Program-made: the position numbers and the translations under genes
Source: a virus
Taxonomy: Duplodnaviria > Caudoviricetes
Virus record (IMG/VR): IMGVR_UViG_3300015607_000582
Coordinates: 32,001-96,000 of that record
Reading direction: 5' to 3' (one strand)
Length of the DNA: 64,000 nucleotides
Notes under the pieces: generated by a model
Told to the model about the DNA's origin: nothing
The model's input: the letters and a program-made list of their open reading frames with translations, nothing else
Databases searched by the model: none
Part shown: piece after piece, positions 40,035 to 49,726 of the stretch
Layout: every line of letters starts with the position of its first letter
Numbering within the stretch: position 1 is the first letter of the stretch

Positions 40035-40325
40035 TCACTCGACCACGGCGAGGATGTCGTTCTCGCCGAGGACGATCCACTTCTCGCCCCCGACCTCGAC
40101 CTCGGTGCCCGCGTAGCGAGGCACGAGCACGATGTCACCCGAGGCGACTGACATCGGCACCCGCTCGCCCTTGACCCATGCGCCTGAGCCGACGGCGATG
40201 ACCTCGGCACGGATCGACGCATCCCCCGTCGCGGCACTATCGACCAGCACGATGCCCGAGGCTCGGGTCGTCTCCTGCTCGATGTGGCGGACGGCCACGC
40301 GACTGCCCAGTGGCTTGATCCCCAT
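40035..40325 (-). CDS. groES: Co-chaperonin GroES
   Basis: IKPLGSRV, TRASGIVL, VIAVGSG, GDIVL..YAGTEV, ENDILAVVE. Confidence 0.95.
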   Translation of the reverse strand: MGIKPLGSRVAVRHIEQETTRASGIVLVDSAATGDASIRAEVIAVGSGAWVKGERVPMSVASGDIVLVPRYAGTEVEVGGEKWIVLGENDILAVVE

Positions 40326-40328
40326 GAC

Positions 40329-41373
40329 TTACCTCCTGCGTTCCTTCTTGCCTTGTCGAAGGTCGAACTCCAGCTCAGGTCGCCCGGAGAACGCCTTCAC
40401 CTTGCGCGTGAAGAAGTCCTCGGCGTCCTCGTGGTAGACGAACTTCGCGATCACTCGCTCCGTCTGTCGCCGGATCTCGACGACCTCCCAGAGCAGGTTG
40501 GTCTCGTAGTGCCTCACTTGCGGTTCCGCTTGCGAGCTGCACGCTGGGCGCGTCGCTTCGCCTTGCGCTGCTTGAGCGTCTTCTCGGTGAGCGTCAGCGC
40601 GTCCGTGAGGAGCATGCCCGACTTGCTCTTGCCCGCAATCGCGTGGACGGTGGTGAGCATCTTGGCGCGCACCTCCATCTTCTGCTGCTTGCCCTTCCCG
40701 CTCATCTTGCTCTGGCTCTCCATCATGTGCTCCCTACTGTAGGCCGAAGCCGTGTTCCCTGTACCACTCGAAGCAGAGGTTGACCGCTTCCGCGTGGCGC
40801 TCGATCTTGCCTGTCTTGACCCGGTGACCGTAGGCATGGAACACCTTGCTCCGCAGGTTCGCGGGCAGCTCGTACCAGTGCTCTCGACACGCGAAGTGCT
40901 CGTACGGAATGCGCTCCTTGCACCCGAGCACCGGGCACGCCTTGGTCAGCTCCTCACTCACATCAACATACGCCCGTGTGCCTCGATGATGGTGACCCCG
41001 TCGTCGAGCAGGGTGATGTGCTCCGACACCTCCATGACGACGTAGGTGTCGAACCCGATCTGGCGCTGCAGCTTCACCATCATATTCTCCGAGACCATGA
41101 TGAGCTGGCGCTCGTCGAGGCGCACGAGGCGACTGTCCTCGTCGCCCCGCCCCTCGTGGACGACCTTGAGCAGGCGCTGGATCTCTTCATCGGTCATGCC
41201 GCGTTCGCCTCCTCGCTGACGGCGTCCAGTGTCTCTCGCGCGCTGCGGTTGACGAAGCCACTGACGAGGCAGGCCACGGCGGCCACCGCGCAGGCCCCCT
41301 CGTCAGTCAGCGGGCCGGGCTGCGTCGTCACCTCGCACCACGTCGTGGGCGGCTCTCCCTCGAAGACGTCCAT
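40329..41373 (-). other. Five small ORFs (40329-40517, 40514-40726 basic tail, 40734-40961 Cys/His, 40958-41197, 41194-41373)
   Basis: Overlapping gene chain. Confidence 0.55.
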
Positions 41374-41870
41374 CAGTCGACCAGCTTGAGGTAGATGATG
41401 TTCTCGCTGCCGAGCCGCGTCTCGTTGTACGAGCCCGAGGCGCGGAACCCATAGTGCTCGACGAACCGGCGCGCACGCTCGTTGCCCGCGTGAACGTGGC
41501 ACTTGATGTAGTCCACGTTGAACGCCTCGACGACACCGAGGCGGTACTCCATCAGCCGAGACCCGTACGAGTGCCCAGACGAGTTGACGTACAGGTTCCC
41601 GAAGTAGGCGATGCTGTCGTCGCCGTCGTCCTTGAGCGTCAGCCCCGCCATGCCCCGCACCTCTCCGCCGTCCTCGACAACGTACAGGGCGTGGGGTGAG
41701 CGCAGGTGCTGCTTGATGTACTCGGGCGTCGCGAAGCGATCCTGCCACGCGGCGACCTGATCGAGCGTGTGACCCAGTCGCGTCAGCAGGATGGTCGACA
41801 CCTCTCGCTTGAGCTGCAGCAGCAGCTCGGCGTCAGCCGACTTCGCCTTGCGGATGCGGATGTCACTCAT
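41373..41870 (-). CDS. GNAT-family acetyltransferase
   Basis: IRKAKSADA, GEVRG, NLYV....SYGSRLM, NERARRFVEHYGF. Confidence 0.85.
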   Translation of the reverse strand: MSDIRIRKAKSADAELLLQLKREVSTILLTRLGHTLDQVAAWQDRFATPEYIKQHLRSPHALYVVEDGGEVRGMAGLTLKDDGDDSIAYFGNLYVNSSGHSYGSRLMEYRLGVVEAFNVDYIKCHVHAGNERARRFVEHYGFRASGSYNETRLGSENIIYLKLVD

Positions 41871-43391
41871 CTTCGACCACCCACTGGGGGCTCAGCTCGC
41901 CGATGAGCTGATTCACGCCTTCGACCACCTTGGCGATGTACTCGTCGGCCATGGCGATGACGTCGCGCGAGACGGTGTTCGGCTTCGAGACCATGCCGCC
42001 GGTGACGTGATCGTAGACGTGCGAGACGTTGTCACTCAGCGAGGCGATGTCAGCCCACTCGGCGCGGATCTGATCGACCAGCACCTTCACGAGGCGGCCG
42101 GAGAACACGCTGCCGGGCTTGGCAGCCTCCCGCTCGACCGCGTTCAGGAACTCGTCCGTCATCTGGGTTGGATCACTCGGCAACTGCATCTCGCATCTCC
42201 CCTCGATGTGTCAGTGACACGCTACCCGCCGCGCCGGACGAACCTCAGACCTCGTAGATGGCCGCGATCTCGTCGATGCCGAACAGCATTGGACGAGGGC
42301 GAGCGTTGCCCCAGTCGACCGACACGAGTCGCCCGCCCTCCTTGGTCAGCTCGAACTTGTCGGTCTTGAGCTGGACGCGAGCCCCGCTCTTGTAGATGAC
42401 GACGACCTTGTGGCGGCGCATGTCAGCCCTTCCTCTGCGGCTCGACGGGGAGCACGATGATCGGCTCCACCGGCAACTCGACCGTGTCACGGAGCCACGG
42501 CGGCACGATGCCCCCGTTGCCGTTGCCGGGCACGAACGGAATCGGGATCTGCGGGCCGGGCAGCGGCACGAGCGTCACGGGTGCGATTCGCATCAGGACT
42601 GCCCCACCTTCACGTCCTCGCCGCCGGGGACGATGATGGACTTCTCCTCGGCCATGCCCTGCATCTCGGCCTGCCGGGCCGCCATGCGGGCCTCCAGCAG
42701 ACCGGCCTGACCGAGCATGTTGAAAATGAGGATCGTCTGCTGCTCGGCGATGTGACGAGCGAACGCCAGCGGCTGCTCCTGCTGCGTCATGATCGCGTGC
42801 GAGGTGGCTGCAGCTCGCAGCTCCAGCATGGAGTTCAGGATCCGCTGCCGTGCAGTGGCGAAGGTGTCCTGATGCTGCTCCGGATTGGTGCCGACGCTCG
42901 CCGGGTAGACGACCGCCCCTGCGCCATGGTCGAAGATGGCCTGAACCGTCTCCTCGTGCAGCTCGGCGGTGGCGACGCGACCGTCGGCCGTCGTCAGCGT
43001 GATGGCCACGGGAGCCGGGGGCTCCGGGTTCGGCGCTTCGTGCTCAGACATTCGTGAACAGCTCCTTGCCTGCGCCCAGCGCCTTGCACTGGGCCATGTA
43101 GTTTGCGGTGTGCTCGTCTGCCTTCGCCTCGGGGTCGAAGCCCGCGCTGCGAAGTTCCTTGTCGAGGGCCTGATCCAGCTTCGTGCGAGCGAGGTTGTAC
43201 GCCGCCACGAACGGCCCGCAGATGTCGCAGGACTTGTCCGTGCGGTAGTCGTCCCGACGCTCTCCGCCCTTGCCGGGCTTGGTCGCGCAGGAGCAGCCGT
43301 TGCTGTGCGTGCGCCTCACATGCAGCATCTGCCGCTCGAACTGGCGACGAGCTGCTGCAAGCTGGAAGATGGAATCCGAATCCCCGTTCAT
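41863..43391 (-). other. Hypothetical ORFs (41863-42189, 42245-42422, 42593-43051, 43044-43391)
   Basis: GC3-biased ORFs; 43391 is a leaderless start. Confidence 0.6.
42219..42244 (-). promoter_or_regulatory. Class II promoter GGTTCGTCCG-N10-TAGCGT
   Basis: Motif copy directly after a TGA stop. Confidence 0.8.
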
Positions 43392-43398
43392 GGAGGCC

Positions 43399-43424
43399 AT
43401 GCTACAGGGGGCGTCGGACGAACC
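43399..43424 (-). promoter_or_regulatory. Class II promoter GGTTCGTCCG-N10-TAGCAT
   Basis: Follows the ligase stop; ATG 7 nt downstream. Confidence 0.8.
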
Positions 43425-45317
43425 TCAGAGGCCAGCGAGGGCGGCCGCCTGCTCGGGCGTCAGGATGTCCACCCCAAGCTCGCGAGCACGCTTCGCCTTG
43501 CTCGAAGTGGACGTCGGATCCTCCAAGATGAGGAGATCCGTCTTCTTGCCGACGCTGGACTGCGAGACCCAACCGACGCCCTCCAGCAGCTCGATGAACT
43601 CGGCTCGGCTCTTGTAGCCGGGCACGCTGCCAGTCACGACGAAGTGCTTGGCATCCGCGCCCTGCTTCGGGCGTGGCGCGGTCAGGTCGACCCCGAGCGA
43701 CACGAGCGCATTGACGACGTTCGCATTGTCGCTGCCCCACTCCCAGATGGAGCGTGCAGTCTCGGGGCCGATGTCGTCGATGGCTTCGAGGTCGCTGGCC
43801 GACGCCATGATGAGGTCGTCGATGTTCGCGTACGTCGCGGCAAGGCGCTTGGCCGTGCCGTCGCCGACGTTCGGAATCGCGAAGCCGACCAGAGCCCTGC
43901 GCAACCCGACCGACTTCGACTTCTCGATGGCGGCCACGGTGTTCTCGGCGGTCTTCTTGCCCACGCCGGGGAGCGTCAGCAGGTCGTCGACGGTGAGCCG
44001 GTACAGGTCGGGCAGCTTGGCCACCAGACCCGCGTCCACGAGCTTGCCGATGAGCGAGCTGGACATGCCCTTGATGTTCGCGGCAGGCTTGCTCGCCCAG
44101 CGCACGAATCGCTCCAGACGCTGCGCGGGACACCCGGCGACGTTGACGCACTCCACCTGCCCGGACTGGCCGCGCTGCTCCAGCGGCTGCGAGCACTCGG
44201 GGCAGTCAGTCGGGACGACGATCTCGGTCGGCGACGTCGACGGCTCCAGCACCCCGTTCACGTACGGGATGACATCCCCGGCGTAGGTGACCTCCAGCAC
44301 GTCGCCGATCTGCAGGTTGCGCTCGCGGATCCACGCGATGTTGTGGAGCGACGCGCGGGACATGATGCCCTTCTCGGTCTCCGTCGGCTCCAGCTCGGCC
44401 ACGGGTGTCACTCCGCCGCCCGTCCCGACCTGCCACGTCACGTCGAGCAGCTTCGCCTCGTACGTCGTGCCCGCGACCTTGTAGGCGACCGCCCAGTTCG
44501 GATGGCGATCCTTCGAGCCCAGCTTCTCGCGCACGTCCATGTTGCCGGTCTTGATGACGACACCGTCGATCTCGTAGTCGAGTTCGTCGCGCATTGCGAG
44601 GACGCCCTCGACCGCGTCGGCGACCAAGTCGATGGGCGCGTCGATGGTGTCATGAAGCGTCACCCAGCAGGTGCCGCTGACCGTGACGAAGTCGTACGGG
44701 ATGAAGGTCAGCCGACGCCGTCGCGCCTCCTGCGGATCCGAGTGACGCATCGCCCCGGCCGCAGCGTTGCGCGCGTTGGCGAACTGCCCGTCGGCGTTGA
44801 TCTCGGCGAACGCCGAGCGAGTGATGACGACCTCGCCGCGCACCACTCCCGTGAACGCCCGACCGGGGTGAACCTCCACGCCACGGATGCAGCGAGCGTT
44901 CGCCGTGATGTCGTCGCCGACGAGACCGTCGCCGCGCGTCAGGGCCGAGACCAGCACGCCGTCCTCGTACTGGAGCGAGAGCGACGCTCCGTCGTACTTG
45001 GGCTGCACCATGAGGTGGTCTCCGGGCTCGAAGCGCGAGAGGAACTTCTCCAGCCCCTCGCCCGTCGTGACCTTGTCCAGCGACAGCATCGGGAAGGCGT
45101 GCTCGGTCGGCTTGAGGGTGGCCCGGCCGCCGGGGCGCTTCGTCGGCGAGTTGGGCGCGACGTGCTCGCCGGTCGCCTCGAACTCGACGAGCTGGTCGAA
45201 GAGGCGGTCGTACTCCGCATCGGTGACGACGCAGTTGTCCGGATCGGTGTAGTAGGTCTCGTCGAGGATGTTCACTCGCTCGACGAGGTCAAGGTACTCG
45301 CGCAGGCCGATGGTCAC
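43425..45317 (-). CDS. ligA: NAD-dependent DNA ligase
   Basis: YY...D.EYD, PMLSL, KYDG, TRGDG, ARNAAAG, DGVVIK, Zn finger, HhH repeats, BRCT. Confidence 0.95.
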   Translation of the reverse strand: MTIGLREYLDLVERVNILDETYYTDPDNCVVTDAEYDRLFDQLVEFEATGEHVAPNSPTKRPGGRATLKPTEHAFPMLSLDKVTTGEGLEKFLSRFEPGDHLMVQPKYDGASLSLQYEDGVLVSALTRGDGLVGDDITANARCIRGVEVHPGRAFTGVVRGEVVITRSAFAEINADGQFANARNAAAGAMRHSDPQEARRRRLTFIPYDFVTVSGTCWVTLHDTIDAPIDLVADAVEGVLAMRDELDYEIDGVVIKTGNMDVREKLGSKDRHPNWAVAYKVAGTTYEAKLLDVTWQVGTGGGVTPVAELEPTETEKGIMSRASLHNIAWIRERNLQIGDVLEVTYAGDVIPYVNGVLEPSTSPTEIVVPTDCPECSQPLEQRGQSGQVECVNVAGCPAQRLERFVRWASKPAANIKGMSSSLIGKLVDAGLVAKLPDLYRLTVDDLLTLPGVGKKTAENTVAAIEKSKSVGLRRALVGFAIPNVGDGTAKRLAATYANIDDLIMASASDLEAIDDIGPETARSIWEWGSDNANVVNALVSLGVDLTAPRPKQGADAKHFVVTGSVPGYKSRAEFIELLEGVGWVSQSSVGKKTDLLILEDPTSTSSKAKRARELGVDILTPEQAAALAGL

Positions 45318-45512
45318 TTGTTCCTCCAGTTGATCTTGCTGAACGCACGAGCCAGCCTCGCACGCAGCCCCTTGCTGTTCGCCTCGACCCGCAGGATCTC
45401 AAGGTCGCGCTCCAGACGCTGCACCTCGAACTCCAGAGCCTCGGCCCTTGCCTTCTCGCGCTGGAAGGCGTCGTGAGCGAGCTGCAGCACCTCGCGCAGC
45501 TCGACCAGCTCG

Positions 45513-46082
45513 TCAGAATCGGGCGACATGATCCACCTCGCTCTGGAAGCATGAAAGACACACGGGCGCGTACACCTCGGAGCCGCCGACCTGCACGACG
45601 TCACCCGACGTGACCACCTTGCCGTTGCCGTCGAAGCGACGAGTGCGCTGCGCCGGGGCACCGCATCCGTTGCACTGCGACGTCAGCGGCTTCACGTACG
45701 ACATGAGCTGCAGCTCGCGAGTCGTGGGGAACCACTCCCCGAAGCAGTCCCGATCCAGACCGGCCGCGACGATCATCAGGTCGCGCTGCAGCGGCTTGAG
45801 CATGTCGGCGAGCGCCTCGGGGAAGAACTGGACTTCGTCGAGCGCGATGGCGTCAGCGAAGCCAGCGGCGAAGTTCAGGGCCTCGGCGAGGTGCTGCTCG
45901 TCGCGGATCAGCGTGGCCGAGATGGTGCGCCCAGTGTGGGCCACGATGCGACGCGCGTCGTAGCGGTCGTCGATGCTCGGCTTGAGCACCATGGTGGTCT
46001 TCCCGCGCTGGCGCAGGGAAGTCACCTCGTCGATGAGGTGGGTGGTCTTGCCAGCCCACATTGGGCCGAGGTACAGGATCAA
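45513..46082 (-). CDS. tdk: Thymidine kinase
   Basis: GPMWAGKTT, DEVQFF, AGLD, C..C...Y...C..C. Confidence 0.95.
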   Translation of the reverse strand: MILYLGPMWAGKTTHLIDEVTSLRQRGKTTMVLKPSIDDRYDARRIVAHTGRTISATLIRDEQHLAEALNFAAGFADAIALDEVQFFPEALADMLKPLQRDLMIVAAGLDRDCFGEWFPTTRELQLMSYVKPLTSQCNGCGAPAQRTRRFDGNGKVVTSGDVVQVGGSEVYAPVCLSCFQSEVDHVARF

Positions 46083-46114
46083 GGTGAGCCTCCGTTGGGG
46101 CGTGTACCTGATCC

Positions 46115-46140
46115 ATCCTAGAGCACGGGTCGGACGAACT
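46115..46140 (-). promoter_or_regulatory. Class II promoter variant AGTTCGTCCG-N10-TAGGAT
   Basis: Upstream of tdk-ligA. Confidence 0.7.
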
Positions 46141-46459
46141 CCCGAGCGCGCAGTGCATCAACGACAGTCGACATCACGAGGTTGCGGTCGATGGCGGACA
46201 TCCATATCTGGGGCCGCCCGTCTCGCATGGTGCCGAGGGCGACAGGGTGCCCCTCCGGGAGCTGCTGGCGTGCGACCATGTTCGACACGTAGGTGGCGGC
46301 CGTGTCGTCGAGGCCAGCCTCCTCAGCAGCATGGCGGGCCAAGTCCGAGAACATGTCCCCGAACTTGACCACGCCATGCACGTACGCCCAGTTGTCGCTG
46401 CTGGCGGCGAGGTAGGCCGTCATCCACTGTGCGCCCGCGTGCTGCTGAGGAGTATCCAT
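46118..46459 (-). CDS. Hypothetical protein under a class III motif
   Basis: CCTAACCAGTG-ATG overlaps the start. Confidence 0.6.
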   Translation of the reverse strand: MDTPQQHAGAQWMTAYLAASSDNWAYVHGVVKFGDMFSDLARHAAEEAGLDDTAATYVSNMVARQQLPEGHPVALGTMRDGRPQIWMSAIDRNLVMSTVVDALRAREFVRPVL

Positions 46460-46472
46460 CACTGGTTAGGCG

Positions 46473-47084
46473 TCAGAACACGTAGTTCTTGAGCACGCGC
46501 GGAGCGCGATTCCACGCCTTGGCGTTGGCTGCAGAGCCGGGCTTGCACGACCATGGCCCGAAGCCCCCGCCGCCGGTCACGTCGCGGTCGTACTCGTAGT
46601 AGCCCGACGCCGCGATGGCCTGAGCCTCGATGGTGGGGCCATGCCCCCAGCGAGCCCGCTCGCCGTCACCCATCTGGAACGTGCCACGGTACTCCCCGTT
46701 CCTCGCGCGGGGGTTGAACGTCCCCTCGCACCACGCGACGGTGACGGCCTCCTGATCGGAGGAGTTGAACGGCCACGCGACCATGATCTTGCAGGCGCTG
46801 CGCACCGTCCAGCGCGTGTGGGCGTTGCCGAGTCGGATCTTCGAGCACTGGTGGAGCTGGTGCGACACCTTGTGCTGAGCCGCGTACTTGAGGCAGCGAA
46901 GGAAGGTCAGACGCCGCTGCTGCGTCGTGTGAGGTGGGTTGGCGACCATGTCCGCGTGTGCAGCACGAGCGCATGCGCTCCGCGTGACGGTGTGAGCCGA
47001 CGCCTTGGACGGTGCCGCTGCCAGCGCAATGAGCGCGACTGCAGCGATGGCGATGGCTGTAGTGACGAGCTTGGATCCCTTCAT
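46473..47084 (-). CDS. Secreted lytic transglycosylase-like (SLT/Rpf-like) protein
   Basis: Signal peptide; VAWCEG...NGEYRGTFQMG...PWSCKP. Confidence 0.75.
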   Translation of the reverse strand: MKGSKLVTTAIAIAAVALIALAAAPSKASAHTVTRSACARAAHADMVANPPHTTQQRRLTFLRCLKYAAQHKVSHQLHQCSKIRLGNAHTRWTVRSACKIMVAWPFNSSDQEAVTVAWCEGTFNPRARNGEYRGTFQMGDGERARWGHGPTIEAQAIAASGYYEYDRDVTGGGGFGPWSCKPGSAANAKAWNRAPRVLKNYVF

Positions 47085-47170
47085 GGGGTCCTCCAGTTTA
47101 GCCTACAGGGACGGCGCTCCGATCCGAAGATGCAGAACGCAAACGACCCTCCGGAGAGGGTCGCTGGTGC

Positions 47171-47196
47171 ATCATAGACTACCCGTCGGACGAACC
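47171..47196 (-). promoter_or_regulatory. Class II promoter GGTTCGTCCG-N10-TATGAT
   Basis: Upstream of the transglycosylase. Confidence 0.8.
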
Positions 47197-47912
47197 TACT
47201 CCGCAGCCGCCTCGCATGCCTGACGGCCGAGGTCGTCGGCGAGGGCGTTCTGGGCACGGGGGATCCACTTGAACGTGACCCGCTCGAACTCGCGCACGAG
47301 GCGGCGCAGCTCGCCATGGAACTCGATCAGGTTCTCGGCACGCACCGCGTACTGGCCAGACGCCTGACGCATCACGAGCTGCGAATCGCCATGGGCGCGC
47401 ACGACACGCGCCCCCAGCTCGCGGCAGCGGTACAGGCCCGCAATGAGCCCGCACCACTCGGCTTCGTTGCTGGTGACGTCGTCGGGCAGGACACGGCCGC
47501 TCTGGTCGAGGATCATGCCGTCGACGTCACGGATGACGAACCCGTAGCACGGGGCGGGTGACATGCCGCCGTCGCTGTAGAGGTGGACTTCCACGGCCTG
47601 CTCCTCGCTCTCGAATGAGCCACGAAGTGCCGCAATCGTTGCGTCGATGCCGCGCTTCCTGATCTCGATGTGGTGGATGGTCTCGTCCAGCTCGGCACGG
47701 CTCGTGATGAGGTAGTAGCCGCCGCCGTGGACCGAGCCGATAAGGTGCCCGGCCTTGCGCAGGCGGCTGACCATGAAGCCGATAGCGCGCTGGTTCACCT
47801 CCAGCTTCTGCGCCAAGTCGAAGCTCGACCGGGCGGCGTCCTTGCCCTCGCCCAAGAGTTCCAGCAGCGAGGCGTCAATGCCTCGATCTGCTGCGTGGAC
47901 GATCTCAGTCAC
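47196..47912 (-). CDS. rnhA: Winged-HTH / RNase HI fusion
   Basis: C-terminal YSDGG, TSNEAEW, GDSQLV, WIPRAQNALADDL; N-terminal HTH with IGS..GGYYL. Confidence 0.85.
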   Translation of the reverse strand: MTEIVHAADRGIDASLLELLGEGKDAARSSFDLAQKLEVNQRAIGFMVSRLRKAGHLIGSVHGGGYYLITSRAELDETIHHIEIRKRGIDATIAALRGSFESEEQAVEVHLYSDGGMSPAPCYGFVIRDVDGMILDQSGRVLPDDVTSNEAEWCGLIAGLYRCRELGARVVRAHGDSQLVMRQASGQYAVRAENLIEFHGELRRLVREFERVTFKWIPRAQNALADDLGRQACEAAAE

Positions 47913-48586
47913 GGAGCCTGCCTCCCATGCTCCACGAAGGCCGCCATGGCGACCGGCGCGATCTCGAACGCCATCTCCTCGATGGCCTCGGCGTAGACCT
48001 TGATCTCGTACTGGGCCCGGTCGTCGTTGCGCAGCGAGAGGAAGTTCATCAGCGAGCGGAGGTTGCAGCTCCAGACCATCTTGCTGTACGTGTTGACGGG
48101 CAGCACGAGGCGGGCGATCTCCTTCGCGACGCCATCGCGGAGCATGGCCTCGTACGTGTCGAATGCCCTATTGCACGAGGCCGTGATGCCGTCTCGGACT
48201 GCGCGGGCCTTGCCGTCATCCTCGATGCGCTCGTAGGTGTACGCGCCCGCCTTGCCCTTCTGCTCGCGCACGTTGTCGCGTGCGGGGACGTAGAACAGGC
48301 GAGGCAGCTCGACGTAGCGCCCGCTCATCTCGTTGATCGACGCGATGCGATGGCGGTGCCACTCGCGGAACACGAAGATCGGGGCCTGCACCTCGAACAT
48401 GAGGTTGACCATCTCGAACGGCGTGCCGTGACGCTCGCGAGCGAGGAAGTTGATAAGCCCGCGATCCGCGTCGCTCAGCTCCTCGCGCTTCGTGTTGTAC
48501 GACGTGCGAGCAGCGTTGACGATGTTGAGGTCGCCGCCCATGCTGTCGACGAGGTTGACGTAGCCGTGGTCGAGGACGTCGGTCAT
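47909..48586 (-). CDS. thyX: FAD-dependent thymidylate synthase
   Basis: AARTSY, HGTPFE, RHRIASINEMSGRY, EIARLVLP, AQYEI. Confidence 0.95.
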   Translation of the reverse strand: MTDVLDHGYVNLVDSMGGDLNIVNAARTSYNTKREELSDADRGLINFLARERHGTPFEMVNLMFEVQAPIFVFREWHRHRIASINEMSGRYVELPRLFYVPARDNVREQKGKAGAYTYERIEDDGKARAVRDGITASCNRAFDTYEAMLRDGVAKEIARLVLPVNTYSKMVWSCNLRSLMNFLSLRNDDRAQYEIKVYAEAIEEMAFEIAPVAMAAFVEHGRQAP

Positions 48587-49566
48587 CCCTGACCCTCCGT
48601 CTCCATCGCCAGCTTCTTGCGGAGCTTGGCCGCGCGCTTGAGCGCCTTGCCGCGATTGAGCCGCCCGACGCGACGCCACCACGGCAACTCCAGCATCGAC
48701 CAGATGAGGTTCACCTCGTCGACGATGTCGTTGATGACACGCTCGTTGAGCTGCAGAACCTCCTCGATGAACCCCGCCTGCTTGTTGACGACGTCACCAA
48801 GCGAGATGACGTCATCCTGCAGCGCGTCGAAGGCTTCCTGCCCGAGTTCCATGTGTTCGATCCTCCAGTTGCTCATGATGCGGCGAATGCTCCGATGATC
48901 TCGCCGTTGTCGCCGTAGTAGACCTTCACCTGCTCTCCGAGGCGGACGCCGAAGCGCCGAGCCATGTCGCTGTCCGCGTACATGAACTCGGGCTTCGCGC
49001 CGTTGGCCGCCGCCATCAGTCCGGCCCGGAAGCCGAGCTGGAAGCCGCGCTCGAAGTTGCACTCGCTGGTCATGTGTCGAAGCGTACCGACCGCGTCGGA
49101 CGAACCGTCAGCGACCCAGCACCACGCTGGCCTGCGCCAGCACCCGCTCGCGCAGCTCACGCAGCTCGGCCGAGCGTGCTTCGAGGAAGTCGGCCGGAGG
49201 CTCCTCGTCGTGCTCGGCCATGTACTCCTCGTAGGCCATCTCCTTGGCGTACTTGGCGTACGTGCCCGGCACGAACGTGAACGTGTGGATGAGGTACGGC
49301 TCGCCCATGGCGGTGCAGATGAGGTCGACGACACGCAGGCCGACCATCGGCTCCTCGTGGTTGAGGATCCTCGTCACCTGCCGAGGCGAGAGCCCCTCAA
49401 TCGGCGCAGTCCAGCGCGACAGGTCGAACTCGTAGTCGTGCTCCTCGGCCGCCTCCTTGAGCCGCTCGATGAACGGCCTGAGCACCGCCGACACCTCCCA
49501 TACCGGCACCTGACTGCAGTCGTTGCGGCTGATCTTGGGCACGCTGACGCCAGAGGTGGATCCCAT
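48583..49566 (-). other. Three ORFs (48583-48876, 48873-49073, 49108-49566 possible HTH)
   Basis: Gene chain; 49073 is a leaderless start. Confidence 0.6.
49081..49106 (-). promoter_or_regulatory. Class II promoter GGTTCGTCCG-N10-TACGCT
   Basis: ATG 7 nt downstream. Confidence 0.8.
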
Positions 49567-49726
49567 GATTTTCTCCCCGTTGTAGTCCCACTGCGACCGG
49601 CGTCCCGAGCCGGTTGCATGATGTGCGCCGGGAGGCTACCCCAAGTGCATGATGGACTACACGAAGAGGCCACGAGATGGCCGCATAAGTGTGCTCCGAG
49701 CGGCGTTTATCGCCCTCAAGGTGGGT

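Noticed and set aside
36092-45317. Inteins or introns in nrdJ and ligA
   Set aside because: Both are of normal or compact length with contiguous motifs and no intein termini.
47085-47165. c-di-AMP (ydaO) riboswitch before the Rpf-like gene
   Set aside because: The leader is only ~80 nt with one clear hairpin (CGACCCTC/GAGGGTCG) and lacks the ydaO consensus.
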